From contig JAFGDV010000045.1 in NCBI GenBank assembly GCA_016931955.1, positions 1 to 55,820 on the forward strand: 55,820 nucleotides of DNA, read 5' to 3'. The notes beneath the pieces are model-generated. The model was not told where the DNA came from. It searched no databases and was given only the letters and a program-made list of their open reading frames with translations. Of this stretch, positions 37,595 through 47,315 are shown piece by piece; position 1 is the stretch's first letter; each line of letters starts with the position of its first letter. The stretch is from Candidatus Altiarchaeota archaeon. GTDB lineage: Archaea > Altiarchaeota > Altiarchaeia > IMC4 > QMZM01. The position numbers and the translations under genes are program-made.

Positions 37595-39172
37595 ATGAAA
37601 CTCATTGGTGTTATCTCCGGCGAGGTGAAGCCTACGGAATTCAACATACTGCTTTCCGCAACGGATGCTGAGAAGGGCAGCTTCGTTAAGGTGAACCATG
37701 AAAGCTATGGCTGGGTTCTGGCCAGAGTCGACAACCTGAAGAGGTACCTTAACCCAAACGGGGAGGAGACGCTCCTGGCGAAGGCCTACACAATAGGCTA
37801 CAAACAAGACAACCAGATTCTTTTCCCTAAGACGCCCTTCAGGCCTGAGGAGAGGGTCTACTCCGCAGACACGGAACTCATAAGGGGCGTGATAGGCTTG
37901 AAGAGATCCGGCCAGGACAGCATCTACCTAGGCCTCCTGGAGGGACATGCTATCCCCGTCTACTTGGACATAAAGAAGAGCATAGGAAAACATATGTTGA
38001 TTCTCGCAAAGACCGGGGCAGGGAAAAGCTACACTGTAGCAGTAATCATCGAGGAATTGTTGAAGAATAAGATCCCATGCCTGATCGTAGACCCGCACGG
38101 GGAATACTCTTCACTGAAGTACGAAAACGACGACTATGATGCAATGCTCCAATTCGGGGTGAAGCCGAGGTCTTATGAAAGAGATGTGACAGAATACGCT
38201 GCGAACATCATAGCTAATCCTAGCGCTGAAAGACTTACCCTGAAGCCCAGGTTTTCCTTAGAGGAGTTGATAGAGATCATGCCTTTGAAGCTCAACGACA
38301 ACCAGAAGTCGATCCTCTACAACGTGATGCGTCGATTGGAGAGCATGGACTACACACTCCAGGACATCATAAACCAGGTCAAGTTGGAGGAGAGCAAGAC
38401 CAAGTGGAAGGTGATAAACGGCTTAGAGACCCTGAGAAATAGCGGCATCTTTGAGGGGAAACCCATACCCCCTAATAAGCTGGTGAAGGAAGGCAGGGCT
38501 TCGGTGATAAACCTGAAGGGTGTGGAGCCAAACATCCAGGAACTGATTGTGACAAAGCTGGCTAAAGACCTCTTCAATGCGTCAAAGCTTCGCGAGATTC
38601 AGCCGTTCTTTTTCTTGGTCGAGGAGGCGCACAACTTTTGCCCGGAGCGGGGTTTCGGCGATGCTTTGTCTTCGCCTATACTGAGGACGGTGGCATCTGA
38701 GGGCAGGAAATTCGACTTCTATCTCTGCGTCGTAAGCCAGAGGCCTGCAAGGGTGGATAAGAACGTCTTGTCGCAGTGTAATACTCAGATCATATTAAAG
38801 GTTACTAACCCGAATGACCTCCGCGCAATAGGTCAGTCTATTGAGGGCTTCACCCCAGGCATGGAAGACGACATAAAGCAGTTGTCTGTTGGACAGGCCC
38901 TCGTAGTTGGAGAATGCGTCGAGCAGCCGATTACCGTGAACGTGAGGGCCAGGGAGACGAAACACCACGGCGCGGCTCGGATTGAATCGGAGATGGAAAC
39001 CAAGGATAAATCCATAGTGGAGAAGATAAAGCCCGTCTTCATCAGGGAGGATGATGGGGGGGAGAAGGCTAAGATGAAGATAAAGGAGGATAAGAAGCCT
39101 GAGAAGAAGAAAAGAGGGAAAAAGAAGACCAAGTTTTCACGGCTTAAGTCTCTCTTCCTTAGGGATGAATGA
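37595..39172 (+). CDS. HerA/FtsK-family ATPase (HAS barrel + DUF87)
   Basis: N-terminal MKLIGVI...F..L barrel, Walker A AKTGAGKS, DPHGEY, Walker B FLVEEAH, EGRKF, SQRP..V..NVLSQCNT. Confidence 0.9.
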   Translation: MKLIGVISGEVKPTEFNILLSATDAEKGSFVKVNHESYGWVLARVDNLKRYLNPNGEETLLAKAYTIGYKQDNQILFPKTPFRPEERVYSADTELIRGVIGLKRSGQDSIYLGLLEGHAIPVYLDIKKSIGKHMLILAKTGAGKSYTVAVIIEELLKNKIPCLIVDPHGEYSSLKYENDDYDAMLQFGVKPRSYERDVTEYAANIIANPSAERLTLKPRFSLEELIEIMPLKLNDNQKSILYNVMRRLESMDYTLQDIINQVKLEESKTKWKVINGLETLRNSGIFEGKPIPPNKLVKEGRASVINLKGVEPNIQELIVTKLAKDLFNASKLREIQPFFFLVEEAHNFCPERGFGDALSSPILRTVASEGRKFDFYLCVVSQRPARVDKNVLSQCNTQIILKVTNPNDLRAIGQSIEGFTPGMEDDIKQLSVGQALVVGECVEQPITVNVRARETKHHGAARIESEMETKDKSIVEKIKPVFIREDDGGEKAKMKIKEDKKPEKKKRGKKKTKFSRLKSLFLRDE

Positions 39173-40362
39173 GTATGGATATGCTCACAAAAGCCGAGAA
39201 AAAGGGGCTTAAGAGGATATACAAGACCAGTCTTGAGGTCATCGATTCTGTGACTCTGAAGAATGGGGCCTTGATGGCTTCCCCGCCAGGAACACGATAT
39301 CCCTATATGTATCCCAGAGATACGGCCCTCATCCTCCTCGCCCTCCTTGAGGAAGGCAGGTTAAATGACGTTAAGAGAATCCTCTCTTTTTTGATGACGG
39401 CTCAGAAGGAGACCGGGGAATGGGCTCAACGCTACGACGTAAGTGGTAATCCCGCATCTTATAGGCCGCCTCAGGTGGACTGTAATGGGCTTGTGCTCTA
39501 CGCCATGCGTAAATACTATGACAGCACTGAGGATAAGAGGTTCCTGGAAAAACACTGGCGATCCATCACATTGGGTGTGGAGTTCATCAAGGAGCATTAT
39601 CTGCCGGAGAACAGGCTGCTGTTCTCCCTTAACAGCATCCATGAGTGGCCGCCCATGGAGGCCGGCTTTGATATATGGACTAACGTGACCTGCTATGCAG
39701 GCCTCCGCGGAAGCTATAAGATGGCTCAGGTTCTCGGCAAATTGGACGAAGCTGAGAGGATGAGGAATCTTGCACGCGACCTGTGGATTGGGATAAGCAA
39801 GAAACTGATAAAGGATCACAGGTTCATAAAGGTTAGCGGGCACAGCATAATAACGGATCCAGATGTCAGCGAGATGGCGCCGTACATAACAAGATCGATA
39901 GGTGTTGACGATACCATAATGAGGAACACGGTCGACAAGATAATGAAGGTTCTCTGGGATACTGAACTTACTGGAATAAACAGATATGTTGAGAAATACG
40001 GCGAACCTGGGAGAAACAACGGAGGCTATGGACCCTATTCCATGTATACCGCGTGGGTGGCTCAGTACTACCTAGACGTTAGGGAGTATGATAAAGCGAA
40101 GGAGTGCATCAAGTGGTTCCTGAGGTACAGTAAAGACGGCCTCATACCTGAACATGTTTCTACAAGAGAACGCTTTGACCGGTGGAGGAGGCAGGCTAAA
40201 GAGGTTGGCCGATACAGGGAGCATGGCAGGAAAGAGGAAGCAGAGAAGGTGATGAATACTCCAGAATACAAGAGGAAGGGTCTTGTCTACTGGGTTCTTC
40301 CGCTGACGTGGGGTCACGCTGAATACATTAGGATGTACTCTAAGCTAGAGGAGCATCTCTAA
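39169..40362 (+). CDS. Glycoside hydrolase family 15-like six-hairpin glycosidase
   Basis: YPYMYPRD, WAQRY, PQVD.NG, SIHE, GINRY, GLIPEH, PLTWGHAEY. Confidence 0.8.
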   Translation: MSMDMLTKAEKKGLKRIYKTSLEVIDSVTLKNGALMASPPGTRYPYMYPRDTALILLALLEEGRLNDVKRILSFLMTAQKETGEWAQRYDVSGNPASYRPPQVDCNGLVLYAMRKYYDSTEDKRFLEKHWRSITLGVEFIKEHYLPENRLLFSLNSIHEWPPMEAGFDIWTNVTCYAGLRGSYKMAQVLGKLDEAERMRNLARDLWIGISKKLIKDHRFIKVSGHSIITDPDVSEMAPYITRSIGVDDTIMRNTVDKIMKVLWDTELTGINRYVEKYGEPGRNNGGYGPYSMYTAWVAQYYLDVREYDKAKECIKWFLRYSKDGLIPEHVSTRERFDRWRRQAKEVGRYREHGRKEEAEKVMNTPEYKRKGLVYWVLPLTWGHAEYIRMYSKLEEHL

Positions 40363-41139
40363 CATGACCTGATTCCAGCCCGCGGGTCCTGGAAGCTTCG
40401 ACCTTTTCGCCTTTTTACCGTAATCTGCGAAGCTGCCGTCGGATTTCTTTATCAGGATGGGCACATCTACGTTGTCCAGCATGGGGAAATCGTTCTCGCT
40501 ATCCCCTAAGCCGACTGTCTCGATGTCCGGATCCTTTGATCTAGATAATCCAGTTAAAGTCCTCACGGCCTTGCCTTTGTCGTTCTCGCCTAGGATGTGG
40601 TAGTATCTGCCTCCCTTCGTATGGTTCAGTCCGTGGGCTTCTATGACGTTGAGGGCTTTCTCCTTCTGCTCATCTGTTCCCTCCATCCTGAAAGGCTCAT
40701 CGTATTCCCGCATCTTTGCCAGCTCTGCAGTTTTCAGAGTTAGACCTGAATCCTTTGACAGCTCTTCCACACTCATGTCTCCAAAACCCATTATCTTGCA
40801 TCCGCTGGCTTTCCTTGCTCTATCAAGGACCTCCCTCAGCCCCGGGTATGGGGCTCCCAACTCTATCATCTCATATCCCTCTTTTATCTTTTCCCCGACC
40901 TTCCGGCAGAAATAGCCCTCTGGGATGAATACTGCGCCGCCATTTTCGGATATGAAGGGGTCCATTACTCCCAGTTCCTCTCGGTAGACTTCGATCTCTG
41001 CTCTGGTCTTGCTGGTGCAGAATATCAGGGGTATTTTTTTCTTTTTTATTGATTCCATGGCAGGCAGGGCCTTCTTATAGGAGTAGTCTTCGTCGATTAG
41101 TGTTCCGTCTAAGTCGGTGAATACAATGATGGGGGACAT
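40345..41139 (-). CDS. Glucosyl/mannosyl-3-phosphoglycerate phosphatase (HAD IIB)
   Basis: FTDLDGTL, CTSKTRAE, ENGG, REYDEPF, GGRYYH, DKGKAV, GDSENDFPML, GPAGW. Confidence 0.92.
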   Translation of the reverse strand: MSPIIVFTDLDGTLIDEDYSYKKALPAMESIKKKKIPLIFCTSKTRAEIEVYREELGVMDPFISENGGAVFIPEGYFCRKVGEKIKEGYEMIELGAPYPGLREVLDRARKASGCKIMGFGDMSVEELSKDSGLTLKTAELAKMREYDEPFRMEGTDEQKEKALNVIEAHGLNHTKGGRYYHILGENDKGKAVRTLTGLSRSKDPDIETVGLGDSENDFPMLDNVDVPILIKKSDGSFADYGKKAKRSKLPGPAGWNQVMLEMLL

Positions 41140-41140
41140 T

Positions 41141-42559
41141 TTATGTGAACCTGTCTATTATCTCCTCGGACAGGTCTATGTATATCCTTATATATGACAG
41201 GATCGTGTTGGATGTGAACTTGTTGACCCTGTTCTGGAGAACGGCCTTTAGTCCATGATAGCTGTAACCGATGCGAGAGTCCATCTGTTTTTTTATATCG
41301 GACCAGGGGCGAAGCAGCTTTGGTTTATTTGTCTTAGAGAGCTCATAGCCCTCTATGATGATCTTCTTGTACCTATCTATCCTATCCCTGTCCCTCCTTC
41401 TATCCCCCTCATCGTAGGTTATTGGCGGGTTTTCTTCCACTATCTTTTCGTAGACGCTGAGCATGTCATTCGCTGTTTTCTCGTATTCTTCTAAGAGCGT
41501 CTCCATGTCAGGCAGCCTGTTCTCCAGACCATACTCCCTTATCCAGTAGAACATGGCCATGGATATCTCACGAAGCATGTCGTCTGCGTGTTTCTCGCCC
41601 CCTGGCAGGTGCTGGAAGACGCCGCAGTCATATTGGGCTATCCTCTCTATGCCATAATTTTTCCACAGCTGACATAGTATTGAGATTTCGATGTCATAGC
41701 CGTTCGAGAACTGAAGCTCGTTCAGCTTTCTCCGGGTTATGGCGCATTCTCCGCTGAATGGGTAAGACAACGAATCCAGACCGTTGAATATTCCGTGCTT
41801 GGCCAATAGATTGAACATCGGGATACCAAAGAGACGAGAAACCCTGCCTCCGAGGGTGTATTTTCCATCTGTTTTATGGCGTCTCACATAGGTCGCCTTC
41901 GTGTAGAGTATGGATGACCTGTCTCCTCCGACGCCTTCGCCTGAATACCATCCCTGCAGTATCGGCCTGCAGAGTCCTTTAACGTAGTGCTTCTTGAAGG
42001 AGACTATGTCAGAGTCTATGAAGCATATTATGTCTCCATATGTTACAGGTACTGAAAACCACATATTAGCCCCCTTGCCTTGTTTCAGATTCTCGAGTTC
42101 CTCCTCGGTCAGAATCTTGTTCCTTACATAGATACTGTGCAGTTCCTGGTCGACCTGATTCAGTATCCTGAACGAGAAATCGTATCTGCCCTGCAGAGCC
42201 CTCTGCTTTCCCTCGGGCAGGGAGCGGACGAATTCCACCTCCCTTTCAAAGGTCTTCGAAGCCCTTATGGCGCAGGCCAGCAGGAACTCCATGAAATCGA
42301 AGTCTGGTTTTCCTTCTGGGGTTCTTGAGCCTTCGGCGATAACCACTTCGTCCACTACCCCGGCATCTATTAAAGAACCCAGCTCATCGATTATGTTATG
42401 CACTGTCCGATTGTATGTTTTGTCGTGTTTGTTGAATGTTGGCATCACGACTGATATCACGATCGGCCTCTTCCCTGATTCATCGACAACATAGTTCTCT
42501 AGCTTCAGCCTCTCTATCTCCTTCACCAGTATCTTCCTTTTGGAGTGCACGGCAGACAT
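41141..42559 (-). CDS. gpgS: Glucosyl-3-phosphoglycerate synthase-like glycosyltransferase (GT-A fold)
   Basis: GKGANMW, FIDSDI (DxD), KATYVR, GGRVSRL, YPFSGE, GYDIEI, IAQ; adjacent to its phosphatase. Confidence 0.8.
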   Translation of the reverse strand: MSAVHSKRKILVKEIERLKLENYVVDESGKRPIVISVVMPTFNKHDKTYNRTVHNIIDELGSLIDAGVVDEVVIAEGSRTPEGKPDFDFMEFLLACAIRASKTFEREVEFVRSLPEGKQRALQGRYDFSFRILNQVDQELHSIYVRNKILTEEELENLKQGKGANMWFSVPVTYGDIICFIDSDIVSFKKHYVKGLCRPILQGWYSGEGVGGDRSSILYTKATYVRRHKTDGKYTLGGRVSRLFGIPMFNLLAKHGIFNGLDSLSYPFSGECAITRRKLNELQFSNGYDIEISILCQLWKNYGIERIAQYDCGVFQHLPGGEKHADDMLREISMAMFYWIREYGLENRLPDMETLLEEYEKTANDMLSVYEKIVEENPPITYDEGDRRRDRDRIDRYKKIIIEGYELSKTNKPKLLRPWSDIKKQMDSRIGYSYHGLKAVLQNRVNKFTSNTILSYIRIYIDLSEEIIDRFT

Positions 42560-42624
42560 CTTATTATCTATTAGACTTCAACAAAAAAGACTCGAATAAT
42601 TAAGATGAATACTTAGTATAATAC

Positions 42625-45474
42625 ATGTCTGAGTACGAAGTAGAGCTTTTCCGTGAGCAGGGTTTCGACAGGAGACGCTGTCAACTATGCAATAAATTCT
42701 TCTGGACCCTTGGGGGGAGGGAGACATGCGGTGAACCGCCCTGCGAGGAATACTCTTTCATAGGAGACCCTCCGACAAAGAAGAGCATGGACCTCTCTGA
42801 GATGCGTGAATCCTATCTCTCGTTCTTCGAGAAACACGGCCACAAGAGGGTTCCACGTTATCCTATTGTTGCGCGCTGGAGGGACGACATATTCTTCACC
42901 ATCGCTTCGATATCCTGTTTTCAGCCCTGGGTATTGAATCGGACAATTGAGCCGCCTGCTAATCCTTTGGTGATTAGCCAGACCTGTCTGCGCTTTAATG
43001 ACATAGACAATGTGGGGAAAACTGGGAGGCACTTAACTGAGTTTGAGATGATGGCTCACCACGCCTTCAACAGTGAAGAAAAATTTGTCTACTTCAAGGA
43101 TAGGACGGTGGAATTATGCCATAAACTCCTGCTTGATTTAGGGATTAACGCTGATGAGATTCAGTACATTGAGGCGGAGTGGTCTGGTGGCGGAAACTCT
43201 GGTCCCTGCTTTGAGGTAATCGTCCGCGGAGTTGAGTTGGCAACTCTAGTCTTCATGATGTACAGGGACACGCCCTCCGGGAGGGGGGAGATGGACATGC
43301 AGGTGGTGGACACAGGCTATGGATTGGAGAGGTTTGTCTGGATCTCTCAGGGCACCCCTAACGCCTATGAAGCAATCTTCGGCGACGTACTTGTAAGGCT
43401 TAAGGGGGAGGCGGATATTCAGGCGGATGACGGTCTTATGGCGGAGTACTCCAAGCTTGCTGGTATGATGAACGTTGAATCCAATGCGGATCTCAGGGTT
43501 CTGAGGGAGAAAGTGGCTAAACGCATGCAAGTGCCCTTGAAGGAGATCATAGAGAGGATCACTCCATTAGAGCACATCTATGCTGTATGCGACCATACCA
43601 GGGCGCTCATGTTTATGTTGAATGATGGCGGCATTGTCCCATCCAATGCCAAAGCCGGATACTTTGCAAGGCTTCTCGCAAGGAAAACCCTCCGCTCCCT
43701 GGATTCCTTAGGGCTCAGTTTTCCTCTGAGTGAAATCCTTGGCATGCAGATAGACTACTCCGGGAGAGACTTTCCCGAGCTGGCTGAGAACCGGGAAGAC
43801 GTCCTCAACCTAGTGGACGTGGAAGAGAAGAAATACAGGAAGACCATGGATAGGGGTAAAGGCATCGTCGGCAGGATCGATGCTGAATTGGGGGATAAAG
43901 GAGAAAATAGGATCAACACTGAGGAATTGATCCATCTCTATGACTCCCACGGCATCACCCCTGAGATCGTTGCAGAATTTTCCATGCTGAAGGTGGATAT
44001 CCCAGACGACTTCTATATCCAGGTTGCTGGTAGACACGAGAAACCTGAGCGAGAAGATGGGGTTGAGGGGGTAAGGGTTCCCAGGGTCGAGCCCACAGAG
44101 CTTGGCTTCTATGAGGATGCCTACGTCAGGGAGTTTAAGGCAAATGTTCTGAGGAAATTCAATAACAACATAATCTTGGATAAGACCTACTTCTATGCAG
44201 AGGGCGGAGGCCAGGAAGCAGATCATGGATGGATTGGCCCTCTTAAAGTGGTGGATGTTCAGAAGCATGGAAACGTGGTCCTCCATGGAGTGGAGGGCGA
44301 CCTGGGCAGGATAGGGGAGGGCGAGACGGTGGAGTGCAGCATAGACTGGAATAGAAGGCTTCAGTTAATGCAGCATCATACTGTGACCCATATAATAAAC
44401 GGCGCCGCTAGGAGGGTCCTTGGTAACCATGCTTGGCAGGCCGGCGCCCACAAGAGCGAGGAGCTTGGAAGGCTTGATCTAACGCATCATTCTAGGATTA
44501 CAGGAGAGGAGAGGGAGCAGATCGAAACCTTATCTAATAAAGTGATCGCAGAGAAGAGGCCTGTACAGATAAGCTTCATGGAGAGGGACAAGGCCGAAAA
44601 AAAATACGGCTTCAGGATCTATCAAGGCGGCGCTGTCCCTGGAGGGATCATCCGAATAGTGGACATCGTGGACTGGGATGTTGAAGCATGCGGTGGTATG
44701 CATTTCAAGAACACATCCGAGGTTGGTTATATAAGGATAACAGACATCAAGAGGATCCAGGACGGCGTCGTGAGGATAGAATACAAAGCAGGTGTAGCAT
44801 TGAAAGACCATGTGGCTGGGAGGGAGAAGCTTGCTGGAGAGATCGGCTTAGAACTCTCTGAGAGGGAGCTTCAAGAAATCGCAGAGATCTTCTCGGTCCA
44901 GGTTGCACAGCTCCCCAAGACGATAGAGCGTTTCAGGGGAGAATGGATCTCGCAGAAGGAGGAGTTGGAGGGGCTTTATGTAGCACTATCAAAGCTCATA
45001 GATGAGAGAAAAGAATCCATTCATGTTTATGGGGAGATGCCTTCAGGCGAGCCGGTGCAAGCGCATAAAAAACTCTTTGATGAGTGGAAGACTCAGAGAA
45101 AGGAGATAGAGGGTCTGAAATGTAAGATCCGGGAGGCGCTTAGTAGAAGACTGGATAGGAGATTTCAGTTAGATTACGTGGAGAAAGACGGCGTGAAAAT
45201 CGTCAAAGAATTGGTCTCCGGCTTGGACGTGAAGAACCTCATTGAGCTGGCTAAATCCACAACCAGGGAGAATTCCCTGCTTATTATCGCTAACACAGGG
45301 GATGGAAAAGCTAATATACTAGTCTATTCTAAGTCTATATTCAAGGCGGATGAGCTCGCTAAAAAACTATCGGAAAAACTTGGCGGCGGGGCCCACGGCG
45401 ATGCTGTGATGGCTGTTGGCGGCGGCTCTTCTGAGAACGTCGAGAAAATCCTGGAAGAATTTCAACTAGGTTGA
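42625..45474 (+). CDS. alaS: Alanine--tRNA ligase (archaeal type)
   Basis: ARWRDD, GRHLTEFEMMAHH, VDTGYGLER, DHTR, editing HTVTH and EACGGMH, IQDGVVR. Confidence 0.97.
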   Translation: MSEYEVELFREQGFDRRRCQLCNKFFWTLGGRETCGEPPCEEYSFIGDPPTKKSMDLSEMRESYLSFFEKHGHKRVPRYPIVARWRDDIFFTIASISCFQPWVLNRTIEPPANPLVISQTCLRFNDIDNVGKTGRHLTEFEMMAHHAFNSEEKFVYFKDRTVELCHKLLLDLGINADEIQYIEAEWSGGGNSGPCFEVIVRGVELATLVFMMYRDTPSGRGEMDMQVVDTGYGLERFVWISQGTPNAYEAIFGDVLVRLKGEADIQADDGLMAEYSKLAGMMNVESNADLRVLREKVAKRMQVPLKEIIERITPLEHIYAVCDHTRALMFMLNDGGIVPSNAKAGYFARLLARKTLRSLDSLGLSFPLSEILGMQIDYSGRDFPELAENREDVLNLVDVEEKKYRKTMDRGKGIVGRIDAELGDKGENRINTEELIHLYDSHGITPEIVAEFSMLKVDIPDDFYIQVAGRHEKPEREDGVEGVRVPRVEPTELGFYEDAYVREFKANVLRKFNNNIILDKTYFYAEGGGQEADHGWIGPLKVVDVQKHGNVVLHGVEGDLGRIGEGETVECSIDWNRRLQLMQHHTVTHIINGAARRVLGNHAWQAGAHKSEELGRLDLTHHSRITGEEREQIETLSNKVIAEKRPVQISFMERDKAEKKYGFRIYQGGAVPGGIIRIVDIVDWDVEACGGMHFKNTSEVGYIRITDIKRIQDGVVRIEYKAGVALKDHVAGREKLAGEIGLELSERELQEIAEIFSVQVAQLPKTIERFRGEWISQKEELEGLYVALSKLIDERKESIHVYGEMPSGEPVQAHKKLFDEWKTQRKEIEGLKCKIREALSRRLDRRFQLDYVEKDGVKIVKELVSGLDVKNLIELAKSTTRENSLLIIANTGDGKANILVYSKSIFKADELAKKLSEKLGGGAHGDAVMAVGGGSSENVEKILEEFQLG

Positions 45475-45476
45475 TA

Positions 45477-46427
45477 ATGGACTTCGATAGATTCAAGGAC
45501 AGGTTTCAGTTGATTGATGACCGGATCATGGAATGCCTGAGCGGGGAGCCGAAGAGGCTCTATGAAGCTTCCAGGCATCTGTCGAAGGCTGGCGGTAAGA
45601 GGATCAGGCCGCTCATATGCTTGCTCTCATGTGAAGCTGTTGGTGGAAAAGCGGATGAATGCCTTGAAACTGCTGTCGCAACAGAGCTCATACATACATT
45701 CACGCTAATACACGACGACATCATGGACAACGATGAGCTTCGGAGGGGTGTTCCGTCAGTGCATCAAGTCTACGGGGAAGCTACTGCCATACTCGCCGGG
45801 GATCTGCTCTTCTCCAAGGCCTTCGAAATCAGCAACCCGAAGGCGATGAATGTCCTGGCCAAGGCTGCATCCGACATATGTGAGGGACAGCAGATGGACA
45901 TATCCTTTGCTGAATCCAAGGTGGTGACTGAGGAGGAATATCTTGAGATGGTGCGTAAGAAAACCGCTGTGTTGATTCAGGCTGCCTCAGAATCTGGGGC
46001 GCTGCTGGGGGGAGGCAGCAAGGATGAGGTGAAGGGACTGTCTGTGTACGGTCTGAGCATTGGTATGGCATTTCAGATCCACGACGATGTCCTTGACCTT
46101 CTCGCAGACGAGGAAACACTTGGGAAACCCGTTGGGAGCGATGTCGTCGAGGGTAAGAGGAGCCTTATCGTGATAAAGGCGCTTGATAGCCTCAACAGGG
46201 GGGGGAGAGAAGAACTCTTAGGTATACTCGACAAGGAAACAAACACCCAGGAGGAGATTGCCCGCGCAGTGAGCTTGTTTGATGAAAGCAAGGCAATCAC
46301 TTACTGCAAGAACAAGGCGAAACACTTCATAATGAGTGCAAAAAAAGCCTTAGAACAGCTACCGAAAAGCGACGCAAAGAACGATCTGATGGAGATAGCG
46401 GACTTTATTGTCCAACGAAAGAAGTGA
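45477..46427 (+). CDS. Geranylgeranyl diphosphate synthase (short-chain polyprenyl synthase)
   Basis: GGKRIRP, FTLIHDDIMD..LRRG (FARM with Phe at -5), GQQMD, KT, FQIHDDVLD. Confidence 0.92.
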   Translation: MDFDRFKDRFQLIDDRIMECLSGEPKRLYEASRHLSKAGGKRIRPLICLLSCEAVGGKADECLETAVATELIHTFTLIHDDIMDNDELRRGVPSVHQVYGEATAILAGDLLFSKAFEISNPKAMNVLAKAASDICEGQQMDISFAESKVVTEEEYLEMVRKKTAVLIQAASESGALLGGGSKDEVKGLSVYGLSIGMAFQIHDDVLDLLADEETLGKPVGSDVVEGKRSLIVIKALDSLNRGGREELLGILDKETNTQEEIARAVSLFDESKAITYCKNKAKHFIMSAKKALEQLPKSDAKNDLMEIADFIVQRKK

Positions 46428-46457
46428 TTTATTTCCCCTCACATAGATTAATTTAAG

Positions 46458-47315
46458 ATGAAAGCCGTAATCCCTGCCGCCGGTCTTGGAACAAGGTTTC
46501 TGCCGGCCACCAAGGCTCAACCAAAGGAGATGCTTCCATTGATTGATAAACCCGCGATTCAATTCGTAATCGAGGAGGCTGTTGAATCAGGAATAGACGA
46601 CATCCTCATAATAACAGGCAGGGGTAAGCGGGCTATCGAAGACCACTTCGATAAGTCCTTCGAGTTGGAGGAGGTCTTGAAAGAGAAGAACAAGAGGGAT
46701 CTTCTGAAACAGATTGAGGAGGTATCTGATCTCGCAGACATCCACTACATCAGACAGAGGGAGGCGAAGGGTCTCGGAAACGCCATATACTACGCAAAAA
46801 AACACGTAGGAAACGAACCATTCGCAGTCCTTTTAGGCGACGATGTTGTCTTCTGTGAGAAACCCTGCACAAGGCAGCTCCTAGACATCCACGAGAAGTA
46901 CAAGTCAACAGTTATCGCAGTGGATCAGATTGGTAAGGACATGATACACAATTACGGGGTCATCGACTGTGAGCCTGTTGGGAACTCAATATATCGGATC
47001 AAAGACCTTGTCGAGAAACCCAAGGCAGAGGATGCCCCATCGAACCTTGGAATCATCGGCAGATACATCCTCACACCAGAGATCTTTGACGCGATCAAGA
47101 GGACTGCTACCGGGAGAGGTGGGGAGGTCCAGCTCACGGACGCCCTTAGAATCCTGAACAGGGAACAGGATATGTACGCCTACGACTTTGAGGGTGTAAG
47201 ATACGATCTCGGGAACAAGCTTGACTACATAAGGGCGACGATAAGCTATTCGCTACAGAGGGAGGAATTCAGAGACAGTGTCCTCAAGTATATGAAGGAG
47301 GTTCTGAATGAGTAA
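46458..47315 (+). CDS. galU: UTP--glucose-1-phosphate uridylyltransferase
   Basis: KAVIPAAGLGTRFLPATKAQPKEMLP, VEKP, GRY, EVQLTDA. Confidence 0.95.
   Translation: MKAVIPAAGLGTRFLPATKAQPKEMLPLIDKPAIQFVIEEAVESGIDDILIITGRGKRAIEDHFDKSFELEEVLKEKNKRDLLKQIEEVSDLADIHYIRQREAKGLGNAIYYAKKHVGNEPFAVLLGDDVVFCEKPCTRQLLDIHEKYKSTVIAVDQIGKDMIHNYGVIDCEPVGNSIYRIKDLVEKPKAEDAPSNLGIIGRYILTPEIFDAIKRTATGRGGEVQLTDALRILNREQDMYAYDFEGVRYDLGNKLDYIRATISYSLQREEFRDSVLKYMKEVLNE

Noticed and set aside
37595-40362. HerA pair as a known anti-phage system (Sir2-HerA, DUF4297-HerA)
   Set aside because: The partner is a glycosidase fold, not Sir2 or a nuclease, and no defence-island context is present
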